DNA from: a virus
Direction: 5' to 3' (one strand)
Virus record (IMG/VR): IMGVR_UViG_3300029319_000004
Location: 1-64,000 of that record
Length of the DNA: 64,000 nucleotides
The position numbers and the translations under genes are program-made. Positions 25,294-33,364 of the stretch are shown here, piece after piece. Each line of letters starts with the position of its first letter. The stretch's first letter is position 1. The notes beneath the pieces were generated by a model. It was not told the origin of the DNA, ran no database searches, and saw only the letters and a list, made by a program, of their open reading frames with translations.

Positions 25294-26140
25294 AGATGAA
25301 GCACTTCAAGAATTTAAATTGAGAAGATTTATTCGCCAAGCGATTAAGCTTCGTCAACACAAATTGAACGAAGATCAAAAAAGAAATTTAATTGAAGAAC
25401 AAAAATTAAGAAAAGTTATTAAACACCTTTTAAGAGAGGGGGAGACGGATACAGATACTGAACCTGTACCATATAAATCAACTGCCATGAATCTTATTAA
25501 TGATGTTTTTGGTGAGATCTTGCCTGTTGTTAAAAAAGGTTTGCGCAAGCTAACATCAGATCCAGAAGAGCGTGTTAGTTATCTAGATCATGTTCTGAAT
25601 AAAATTAAAAACATGTTTGATGTTCTTAACGCTTCTCAAGAAGCAGGAATGGCACTGGCTGAACAAAGAATTGGAATTAAGATTGAAGACCCGGATGAAG
25701 AAGCAGAAGTTGGCGAAACGCCAGACTTTGACGATCCAGATGCTCCAGCGGAAGAAAAACCTAGTAAAGAAGAGGAGGAAGAGTCTGAGTTTCAAAAATT
25801 TGCGATTGCAGGTAAGGATGAAACCGGCGCACGAATTGCTTTTGACACAATTGCAGGATCTAATATTGAAGACAACATTAGAAAACTAGTAAGACTTCTT
25901 GGTGATGATGAGAAAAGAAAAGAGGCACAAGAGTATTTTCTTTATAACTTAAACTTGTTTGCCATTGGTTATGAAAAAGATTTGGCTAGTGAAATTGGTC
26001 AAGAGCCTGCGTTTACTGAGCCTACAATGCCAAAGCCTGCAGGGGCGCAAGTATCACCAGAGGCTGAAGGTGGGGGCATAGGCGAAGAAGAACCCATAGA
26101 AGACGAGCCAGAAGCTCCACCTGAGCTGCCAGGAATTTAA
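25286..26140 (+). CDS. acidic hypothetical virion protein
   Basis: AAGGAG RBS; LRKVIKHLLRE segment. Confidence 0.6.
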   Translation: MNKDEALQEFKLRRFIRQAIKLRQHKLNEDQKRNLIEEQKLRKVIKHLLREGETDTDTEPVPYKSTAMNLINDVFGEILPVVKKGLRKLTSDPEERVSYLDHVLNKIKNMFDVLNASQEAGMALAEQRIGIKIEDPDEEAEVGETPDFDDPDAPAEEKPSKEEEEESEFQKFAIAGKDETGARIAFDTIAGSNIEDNIRKLVRLLGDDEKRKEAQEYFLYNLNLFAIGYEKDLASEIGQEPAFTEPTMPKPAGAQVSPEAEGGGIGEEEPIEDEPEAPPELPGI

Positions 26141-26141
26141 T

Positions 26142-26516
26142 ATGTGGGAATCAAAACGTTCCAGGCATAAAAAAAAACAAGATGAAGACAGCTATTATAG
26201 CATGTCAAATAAACTAAAACAAGAAGGAAGGGTCGACGAGAAGTTTGAAATTCAGTTGTCAATGTTAACTCTTGAGGAGATTTTAGCGCTTCGATTAGAG
26301 CTAGCTGCAAAAACTGTTAACTACAAATTGTATGGAACAAATATTTGGAATAATTTGCCAGAACTTGTAAAAGACGCAGTTTTAAAATACGCTTACGTTG
26401 CGGGAAAAACAAAGAACGAAATGGCAATGTTTTTGGGTATAGACAAAAGTCGATTAAGAAAACTACTTAAACAATATGATATACCTAATTACTTTATGAG
26501 GAAAACAAATGACTAA
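26142..26516 (+). CDS. Fis-like HTH protein
   Basis: C-terminal LKYAYVAGKTKNEMAMFLGIDKSRLRKLLKQY resembles HTH_8 (A-x2-LGI-x-R-x2-L-x2-KL-x2-Y). Confidence 0.55.
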   Translation: MWESKRSRHKKKQDEDSYYSMSNKLKQEGRVDEKFEIQLSMLTLEEILALRLELAAKTVNYKLYGTNIWNNLPELVKDAVLKYAYVAGKTKNEMAMFLGIDKSRLRKLLKQYDIPNYFMRKTND

Positions 26517-27270
26517 ATCTTATAAACTTATTAAAGAAGAATTTGATTATGCAATGTCAAACATTCTTAACGAAGAGGTCGCAGTTGATGAAGCAACATT
26601 AGAAAATATTCAAATGTATATTCAAAAGTCTGAAGCAGCGACAAAGAGAAAAATACGATCTGTTCAAAAAGCGCTGGCTATACTTAATAAAGCTGATACT
26701 AGAAGAGATAGAGATGATGTGCTTAAAACAACATTAAAGCAAGCAGCCATGCTTTTTCAAGATATAGGCCCTTCAGTTCAAGACAGTATCCCAGCACAAA
26801 ATTGGAACAGTATTTCTACACGTACTGAAAAAAATCCAGAAATTTCAGAACAGTTTAAAAAATTATTTCCTCGTTTTCCTGCACGCAGGCAAATCGGGGC
26901 TGGGATTGTACGAAGAGTTTTTGCACGCGCCCGCAGCGTATATGGAGCTAATATAGATTATTTATTGGTGCCAATTTTACCTGATGCTGAAGTTCGGATA
27001 CCAGATGAAACACCTCCAAGACTAATTGAAGGTTACATTGTGCTTTTTAGAACATATATTCGAAAGCTTAATCAGCATCTTCAAGGTTTAAATAATTTTA
27101 AGAGCAAGTTAAGTGGTGGTGAATCAGCTGCAGCAGAACCTCAGCAACAAGCAGAGCCACAAGCAGCTGTTGAACCGGTTGAAGAACCGCAACAACAAGC
27201 CAAGCCTGCTGCCAAACCTGCAGGTGGTCAATCACTAGCTGATAAACTGAAAGGTCTAGAGGTAAGATAA
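26509..27270 (+). CDS. leader-bearing hypothetical protein
   Basis: MTKSYKLIKEEF...ILNE; Q/A/E/P-rich tail. Confidence 0.55.
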   Translation: MTKSYKLIKEEFDYAMSNILNEEVAVDEATLENIQMYIQKSEAATKRKIRSVQKALAILNKADTRRDRDDVLKTTLKQAAMLFQDIGPSVQDSIPAQNWNSISTRTEKNPEISEQFKKLFPRFPARRQIGAGIVRRVFARARSVYGANIDYLLVPILPDAEVRIPDETPPRLIEGYIVLFRTYIRKLNQHLQGLNNFKSKLSGGESAAAEPQQQAEPQAAVEPVEEPQQQAKPAAKPAGGQSLADKLKGLEVR

Positions 27271-27274
27271 AACT

Positions 27275-30200
27275 GTGTTTTTAAAAATAGAAAATTCGAA
27301 ACAACTTACAGAGCAGCGTCGTCCTACTGAGGAAGAGGAAGAGCAGATTAAGAATATGGCTAAAGGCCAAAGATCTGGAGAGGGCAGATTAGCAAGTTTC
27401 AAAGGGATAGATATTAGTGATGGTCAAACTTTGCCCAATCTAGTGATCATGAAAAAAACCGGCATAGTAACTTCTGGTCAGTTGAATGTGAAAGGAATAA
27501 ACGATTATATCAATACATGGATAAGCAAAAACAAAAATTACGACAAAGGCGATCGAGGTGCTAGAATTCAAGGCGCCAAGGCCTTTAAACGTGTAGTTAA
27601 TAAATTAAAAACAGGCACAACTGCAAAACAATATTTATACAATACCAATGGAAACGGCAAAAAAATTATTACAAAGCTAAATGAATTTATTAAAAAAGCT
27701 GAAGCCGTACAAAATCCTTCAAAGGAGGAACCAAAAGTGGATAGAAAATTTGATGATTGGACAGAGGCGAGCGACGCGATGTTGGCCGCAGGACATTTAT
27801 TTAGCTCCCTAGAAGTTGATGGCGTGTCATATGTTTATGATAAAGACCTGGCCCCTCAATACGGCGTGAAAACGGGCGATTTTGAAGCGGCGAATGCGAA
27901 CTACGTTAGTGCAAGTTTTGCAAACGAGCAGACGCTGGGGCAGGTATCCATGCCTGATGAGTCCGAAGAAGAAGAGGAAGTAACAGAAGGCAGTTATCTA
28001 TCTGCTGCCCAAATGAAAAAAGCAAAAGATGAGGTTGATGACGCAGCTGCGGATGAAAACTATCCTGGATTTAAACATAGATTTATGGAAACACCTGCAG
28101 GAAAAGTAACAAATCATATTTGGCGTGTCGTTTTAGAGCAAGATCAGATTGAAGACATCAATCCCGAGAATACACGGAAGGCCGCGAGAGCTGACTATAT
28201 GAAAATTCTTGGAATGGCAAAAAAGGCTTTGGGTGTAGAGTCCACGGAACCAACTGAGCCTCGCATAGGTTCTGGTCCAATTGCTGGTCAAACTACAACA
28301 GATGCGAAACGTTATCAAATAAAGGGCACAACAATCATTCTTGACAGCTGGAGTGAACTTGACACGCTCCTTAAGGATGACAAAGGAAAGAAGGCCTACC
28401 AAGACTCGACTCTGATAATAGTTAAAAGCTCAAAGGGCGAGACCGAGATGAGCGATTCTATTGTCCCAAAAGGCTTATCGAATACATTTACTAGACGAGG
28501 CTATTATGATTGGAACGAGAAAAAGATCGCTATCGATGGCTCGAAAGGCGCCTGGGTTAGACGTAGACGATCTGGCTCTGGAAAGAAAAGAGTTTACGGA
28601 ACATCACAGCGTTGGCGTCCAAGAGGAAAAGATCGAAGAGCACAATACAAGCAGTTTTACAAAGACCTTCAAAAAGCAGGTCTTTTGAAGCTTTTATTTA
28701 AAAAAGAAAAAATACGTCCGGACGAAATTAAAAAAGTTCTTGGCGAGGCAGTTGATGGTTTAGATTTTGCTTGGGGTAAATTACACAGAAATGCTTACAA
28801 AGAGCTTCTTAAGGTTGTGCAAGCTTCTGGCGCAAAATCAATTGAAGATTGGCGAGCGGGTAAAACTTCTGCAGACGAAGAGCCAAAAAAATCAGGTGAT
28901 AGCGCTGCAGCTGCAAGTGCAACTACTGAGAAAGAACTAGAAAGATTAAACATTAAAAGAAAAGCCACTTTTCAACGCTACGGGGGAGAATATACGCCGT
29001 TGACAGCAGAGCAGGTGGCAGATAAAGAATTTTTAAAAACTATCAGCCAAAGGTTTGGTGTTACACAAGCAGAGCTTAGTCAATTAATAGCAGGCCAAGA
29101 GGCAAAAACAGCAAATATTATGAAAGGCAAAAGAGCCGATCAACTAAAAAGAAAAAAAGCTGCTCTTACACTGGCTAGAGAAGTTAGAAAACTTAATGGA
29201 TACATTAATGGTACATTCAAGGATAATGAAATACGAGAATTAATTCAGAAGTATGCAAGCTCCGAAGAGTTTGGAAACACCGGTATAAAAAGAAACTTAA
29301 ACCTTCTTGCAACTAGATATCAAAAATTTTCTGGAAAAAGCTTGATTGATCATCTTGTTGATGATGGTCATCCTGAACTAGCCAATATGGTTAGGTATGG
29401 TGACCAAGCTGCGCTGGGCGCTGGCACATCTCAAGGTGTTCTTAGAGGCAGAGGAACTGACATAATAGATCCTGATCTTGACGACGATGCGGCCGCGCTT
29501 TTTAAAGCAGCTAGAGGTGCCGGTACAGATGAAGAAACTATTAAAAGAGTTATAATTAAGAACAAAAATAAACTAGTTCAGTTGGCCCAAGCCTATAGAA
29601 AATATACACAAGAGGATGCGCCTGGCGCTCCAATTACTGATGAGCATGCAAATCTTATTACAATGCTTTATGATGAGGCTGACGGCGATGAAGAAAAAGC
29701 GTTTGCTAGAAGAGTACAGAGAGCACTTAGAGCTAGCGCTGCTCAAATTGATACCAGTTTAAGAGAAGGAAAAAATCCAATGCCAAAAATTAATTTAAAA
29801 AAGCTAAAAGCTTTATTCAAAGAAGAGTATGACAGACGGCTCAAAGAGCAGTCGACAACTGGCGGAATGACTCTACCAAGCGGACAAGAGATTGGCGCAA
29901 TGTCAATTGATCCAGCAGACTTAGAGCAGATGCTTGATGAGCCGCATCCTGATTCTTCACAATTTGAACCTGTTTCGCAACAAACAACTAAAACTAGCAG
30001 TGGCTTGGTTTACACTCCTGAACGGAAAGCTTTTATTAGGTACATCAAAGGCCTGCGCAAGAGAGGTAAACTATCAAGAGCGCAAGAAATGAAATTAAGA
30101 CGCGCTGTTTTTAGCAGAAAATATACTCCAAAAGATATGGCTGGTAAAGAGATTACAAAACTTATCAACTCTCAAGTTGTAGCTAAGATGAATCACGATC

Positions 30201-30589
30201 AAATGGTTGCAAAACCTTTGGCTGGAATAGAAGGTGCATTAAGCGGAAAGAAAGCATCTGTAAGTGATCTTAAGGCTTCTCTTAAAAGATTGCAATCTGG
30301 CCCTCAAAATAATAGAACAAAAAGATCTATTGCTCGTGTAAAAAGAATGATTGCACGTGCTGAGCAAAGAGGATCAGATGTTGACGTTATGAAAATTGCA
30401 AATTCTGCTTTGGATAATCTTGGAAAATCTAAAACTGCAGCCGAAATGGAAGCTAGCTTAAAGAAAATGAAGAGTTCTAAAAATGCTAGCTCTGCTGAAA
30501 TGCAGAGAGCAATTGCTCGTGGTGAAAGAATGTTAGCTAGAAAACGTCAAGAAGAGAATCCATCTAAACAGGTTGCTAGAGATCTATAG
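27275..30589 (+). CDS. large multi-module protein containing annexin repeat(s)
   Basis: DAAALFKAARGAGTDEETIKRVII...LAQAYRKY...NLITMLYDEADGDEEKAF; degenerate upstream repeat YQKFSGKSLIDHL; internal leader MPKINLKKLKALFKEE. Confidence 0.65.
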   Translation: MFLKIENSKQLTEQRRPTEEEEEQIKNMAKGQRSGEGRLASFKGIDISDGQTLPNLVIMKKTGIVTSGQLNVKGINDYINTWISKNKNYDKGDRGARIQGAKAFKRVVNKLKTGTTAKQYLYNTNGNGKKIITKLNEFIKKAEAVQNPSKEEPKVDRKFDDWTEASDAMLAAGHLFSSLEVDGVSYVYDKDLAPQYGVKTGDFEAANANYVSASFANEQTLGQVSMPDESEEEEEVTEGSYLSAAQMKKAKDEVDDAAADENYPGFKHRFMETPAGKVTNHIWRVVLEQDQIEDINPENTRKAARADYMKILGMAKKALGVESTEPTEPRIGSGPIAGQTTTDAKRYQIKGTTIILDSWSELDTLLKDDKGKKAYQDSTLIIVKSSKGETEMSDSIVPKGLSNTFTRRGYYDWNEKKIAIDGSKGAWVRRRRSGSGKKRVYGTSQRWRPRGKDRRAQYKQFYKDLQKAGLLKLLFKKEKIRPDEIKKVLGEAVDGLDFAWGKLHRNAYKELLKVVQASGAKSIEDWRAGKTSADEEPKKSGDSAAAASATTEKELERLNIKRKATFQRYGGEYTPLTAEQVADKEFLKTISQRFGVTQAELSQLIAGQEAKTANIMKGKRADQLKRKKAALTLAREVRKLNGYINGTFKDNEIRELIQKYASSEEFGNTGIKRNLNLLATRYQKFSGKSLIDHLVDDGHPELANMVRYGDQAALGAGTSQGVLRGRGTDIIDPDLDDDAAALFKAARGAGTDEETIKRVIIKNKNKLVQLAQAYRKYTQEDAPGAPITDEHANLITMLYDEADGDEEKAFARRVQRALRASAAQIDTSLREGKNPMPKINLKKLKALFKEEYDRRLKEQSTTGGMTLPSGQEIGAMSIDPADLEQMLDEPHPDSSQFEPVSQQTTKTSSGLVYTPERKAFIRYIKGLRKRGKLSRAQEMKLRRAVFSRKYTPKDMAGKEITKLINSQVVAKMNHDQMVAKPLAGIEGALSGKKASVSDLKASLKRLQSGPQNNRTKRSIARVKRMIARAEQRGSDVDVMKIANSALDNLGKSKTAAEMEASLKKMKSSKNASSAEMQRAIARGERMLARKRQEENPSKQVARDL

Positions 30590-30596
30590 GTGTATC

Positions 30597-30785
30597 ATGT
30601 GCATTATATGCGTTGATTTAGCTAAAGACAAACTTACTCCCCTAGAGGCTAGAAATAACCTAGGGGAGATGAGAAATTCAATTGAAAAAGATCATAGACT
30701 CGAAGTCTTAAAATTAATATGGAAAAAAGAAGAAGAACAAGAATATTATAATGAATGGAACGATAATAGTGACGCTTCTGATTAA
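30597..30785 (+). CDS. small CxxC protein
   Basis: MCIICVDL; ATG 30597 chosen. Confidence 0.55.
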   Translation: MCIICVDLAKDKLTPLEARNNLGEMRNSIEKDHRLEVLKLIWKKEEEQEYYNEWNDNSDASD

Positions 30786-30844
30786 ATAAAATTTTTTTCT
30801 TTAACATATTTAAATTTTATAGGATAATATACATAAATCTTTAT

Positions 30845-31193
30845 GGGGGTGAACTGGTTTCGACTGAGTATTGAAAATATAATGTGCAAGGCTGTGTGAG
30901 TGCGCACAGTAAAAACACTCAACTTTATAAACGCCAACGATAACGTTAGTTTTGATTACGCCCTAGCGGCTTAATCATGGGGAATGATAACGCCTTATTA
31001 ACCAAAGATAGTCCCGCCGACGGTGCCCTTCGGGGAGAGGTGGTCAAGTGGTTTTTCCAAGTTAGGCCCATAGGACAAACTTGGTGGTGCGCGGTGCTTG
31101 AGTTTGTCAGAGTCCAAATAACTGACTAACCTTGTGAATGACATTGTGTTAGATATATTTAGGACCCGGGTTCGACTCCCGGCACCTCCACCA
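30845..31193 (+). ncRNA. ssrA: tmRNA
   Basis: 5' GGGGGTG pairs with 3' CACCTCC-A-CCA; 5' GGTTTCGAC; T-arm CCGGG-TTCGACT-CCCGG; tag ANDNVSFDYALAA* at 30933-30974. Confidence 0.95.
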
Positions 31194-31226
31194 TATAAGT
31201 CATTTTAATTAAAAGGAGATAAAAAA

Positions 31227-31409
31227 ATGATGGATCAAAATCAAGCTTTAAATACTTTAGTTCAAGCAGTTAATTTAGCTCAGCAAAGAGGAGCTTACAA
31301 CCTTAAGGAAGCAGCAGTACTTTCTAGTGCTATTGAAGTCTTTACTCCTCCTGCAGAGGAAGCAAGTGAGACTGTTACTGAAGAGACTACTGTAGAAGAA
31401 ACTGAATAA
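31227..31409 (+). CDS. small hypothetical protein
   Basis: AAGGAG RBS. Confidence 0.6.
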   Translation: MMDQNQALNTLVQAVNLAQQRGAYNLKEAAVLSSAIEVFTPPAEEASETVTEETTVEETE

Positions 31410-31479
31410 ATTATTTAACTATTATTAATATATTATTATATAATTAATTAATTGCAGTCCTCTACCTAAGGAGAAGATA

Positions 31480-31641
31480 ATGTCTATGAAAGAAAATGAG
31501 CAAAAAATTAGTGATCTTAGAAGCAGTCTTAGTCGTCTCAAAGATGATATGGCTGAGGTAAGGTCAGAGCTAGCTAATTTTAAAAAGGCTGTGGCAGCAG
31601 ATATGACTCGTCTAGTAAAACTTCAACAACAGCAGAAGTGA
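31480..31641 (+). CDS. 53-aa coiled-coil protein (not in ORF track)
   Basis: MSMKENEQKISDLRSSLSRLKDDMAEVRSELANFKKAV...; AAGGAG RBS. Confidence 0.55.
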   Translation: MSMKENEQKISDLRSSLSRLKDDMAEVRSELANFKKAVAADMTRLVKLQQQQK

Positions 31642-31645
31642 TACT

Positions 31646-31942
31646 ATGACCGAAGTTATAAAAAGTGGAAAACCGTGGAAGAATGATTCTTTTCACAATA
31701 CGTTTGAAGAAGCTAATAATGTTAGAGAGAAATTACTAGCAATCTGGAACGACAGTGATTCTCACAAAGGAATGCAGGTCAAAGTTAAACGCATGCCTTC
31801 CAGAGATCAATTTGTTGTTAAAGTTCGGCTTCATCCAGACTTTGAACCAACTAAGGAAAAGCCTAAGAAAAATGGGAAAAATCGCAAACGAAATAAGAAA
31901 GATACAGGTGGAGGAAAATTTGACTCTTCCGCAAGTGTTTGA
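31646..31942 (+). CDS. hypothetical protein
   Basis: Follows the previous ORF by 4 nt. Confidence 0.55.
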   Translation: MTEVIKSGKPWKNDSFHNTFEEANNVREKLLAIWNDSDSHKGMQVKVKRMPSRDQFVVKVRLHPDFEPTKEKPKKNGKNRKRNKKDTGGGKFDSSASV

Positions 31943-32042
31943 AAAGTATCCACATTTGTCCCGTCTCCAGTATGAAGAGCTTCGTGAGGAGGGTCAGCTT
32001 AATGAGGACTCCTCCAAAGCGAAGCAGCTTCTTTTAGATTGA
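31872..32042 (+). CDS. small hypothetical protein
   Basis: MGKIANEIRKIQVEENLTLPQVFEKYPHL; overlaps the tail of the upstream gene. Confidence 0.45.
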   Translation: MGKIANEIRKIQVEENLTLPQVFEKYPHLSRLQYEELREEGQLNEDSSKAKQLLLD

Positions 32043-32081
32043 TTTACTCAGACGCTTGGGGTGCCTACTATACTAGTGTAT

Positions 32082-32161
32082 GGGACAGTATCTCCTCGCT
32101 CTTATAAAGCGTAGAAAGAGTAGTCGGTTACACGTGGGTTCAAACCCCACCTGTCCCACCA
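32082..32161 (+). tRNA. atypical D-armless tRNA-like RNA, anticodon UAU (Ile?)
   Basis: Acceptor GGGACAG/CTGTCCC-A-CCA; T-arm GTGGG-TTCAAAC-CCCAC; arm (T)CGCT-CTTATAA-AGCG(T); only 7 nt between acceptor and anticodon stems; 21-nt extra region. Confidence 0.7.
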
Positions 32162-32177
32162 TTAATGGAGGACGATA

Positions 32178-32387
32178 ATGAAAAGAAGCTTAACAATGTT
32201 TATTATTGCTGGAATATTTTTTGCTGGCTGTGCTGGTACGCAACCTAACGTTGCAACTGTCACTATCAATGTACATACCCAGCCCAGTATTCACTCTTTC
32301 TACACTTACGAAAGACGATGCAAAAAAAGAAACCCGCAAATTTATCAAAAAGTATGCAAGACAGTTTTAATCAAACATAAATCATGA
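32178..32387 (+). CDS. small lipoprotein
   Basis: Lipobox FAG-C; GGAGG RBS. Confidence 0.6.
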   Translation: MKRSLTMFIIAGIFFAGCAGTQPNVATVTINVHTQPSIHSFYTYERRCKKRNPQIYQKVCKTVLIKHKS

Positions 32388-32602
32388 GTGGCGTTAACAG
32401 ATATTTAGAAGAGTACGAAAAGTACAAACATGTTCAGCTTGAAATTGATATTGTTTACAATAAAAAATCACGCACTTCTGAGCGTATGGTTATCTTAGAG
32501 ATAAACAATGACGAGGACAAAGCGCAAGTAAAGAACCTTCGTACAGAAAATATTCAATATAAAACGCTACATTGGTGTAGGAAAAACCTAATTAAAGAGT
32601 GA
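32384..32602 (+). CDS. small SH3-like hypothetical protein
   Basis: ATGA overlap with the upstream stop. Confidence 0.5.
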   Translation: MSGVNRYLEEYEKYKHVQLEIDIVYNKKSRTSERMVILEINNDEDKAQVKNLRTENIQYKTLHWCRKNLIKE

Positions 32603-32603
32603 T

Positions 32604-32747
32604 ATGAAATACATTGTAAAATTTATGTCACGAGAAAAAGAAAAAGATATATTTACAATCAACCCGCCTATGTCGATCGACAGAGCACAAAAAATTTCAA
32701 GAGATTTACAGTTAATGGGAATGACAGCGTGGATTGAAAAGATTTAA
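32604..32747 (+). CDS. 47-aa hypothetical protein (not in ORF track)
   Basis: MKYIVKFMSREKEKDIFTINPPMSIDRAQKISRDLQLMGMTAWIEKI; starts 1 nt after the upstream stop. Confidence 0.45.
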   Translation: MKYIVKFMSREKEKDIFTINPPMSIDRAQKISRDLQLMGMTAWIEKI

Positions 32748-32817
32748 CGAACTTTAGAGACAAACAAACTATATATTAGAGAAAGCTTTATAAGCTATAT
32801 TAAGGAGAACAAAACAA

Positions 32818-33288
32818 ATGGCAGATCGCAAAATTGAAAAAGCCCCTTTTAACGCGGTGAGAACATCAGTACTAGCAGTTTCCTCTGCAACGTCCCTAGG
32901 AGATTCAGACTGCGGACGTCTAATCGCAGTTACCGCTGGTAATTACAATATTAATCTACCAGCAGCAAAAGCAGGCAGAACTGTAAAGTTTTTAATTGCT
33001 GCATCAAGCACTGACAACATGACAATTAAAGTTATTGGAGATGACCACCTAATGGGTCGAGTAGCCGTAACAAGCACCACTGCAGACAACACTGGCATAC
33101 CGCAGGTTGTGGACGATATTTCTGGCGAGCTGGTTGAGTTAAACATCGATTCTAACGTGGCCACCACCGGTGGCCTCACTGGAGATGTTATTGATCTTTA
33201 CTGCGCAGTGGATGGAACTTGGATTGTTAATGCACACTTGCTAACTACCAACGGAAATCCTGGCACTATTGCCACAATGACCACTTAA
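32818..33288 (+). CDS. beta-rich putative structural/decoration protein
   Basis: Thr/Gly/Ala-rich; INLPAA...GRTVKF and GDVIDLYC..DGTWIV fibre-like motifs; AAGGAG RBS. Confidence 0.45.
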   Translation: MADRKIEKAPFNAVRTSVLAVSSATSLGDSDCGRLIAVTAGNYNINLPAAKAGRTVKFLIAASSTDNMTIKVIGDDHLMGRVAVTSTTADNTGIPQVVDDISGELVELNIDSNVATTGGLTGDVIDLYCAVDGTWIVNAHLLTTNGNPGTIATMTT

Positions 33289-33318
33289 GAAAACTAATCT
33301 TAATAGCTTATAGACTAA

Positions 33319-33351
33319 GACAGCCTTTTAACGAGGGCTGTCTTTTTTTTT
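33319..33351 (+). terminator. Rho-independent terminator
   Basis: GACAGCCT...GGGCTGTC stem followed by a run of 9 T. Confidence 0.8.
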
Positions 33352-33364
33352 AACAGGATACAAC

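Noticed and set aside
28640-28820. Peptidoglycan-binding motif in the 1104-aa protein (GEAVDGLDFAWGKLH)
   Set aside because: The match to DG-x2-G-x2-T is only partial; too weak to call.
14032-29730. Eukaryotic giant-virus origin suggested by SET, annexin and H1-like genes
   Set aside because: Shine-Dalgarno sites, coupled operons, sigma factors, tmRNA, amidase and gp25/gp6 baseplate genes indicate a bacteriophage.
32082-32161. tRNA-Sec or a UGA suppressor serving the selenoprotein
   Set aside because: The anticodon is UAU, not UCA, and the acceptor stem is 7 bp rather than the extended Sec type.
32602-32740. Second UGA read-through after 32384-32602
   Set aside because: An independent ATG ORF (32604-32747) explains the region better, and no SECIS-like hairpin follows the TGA.
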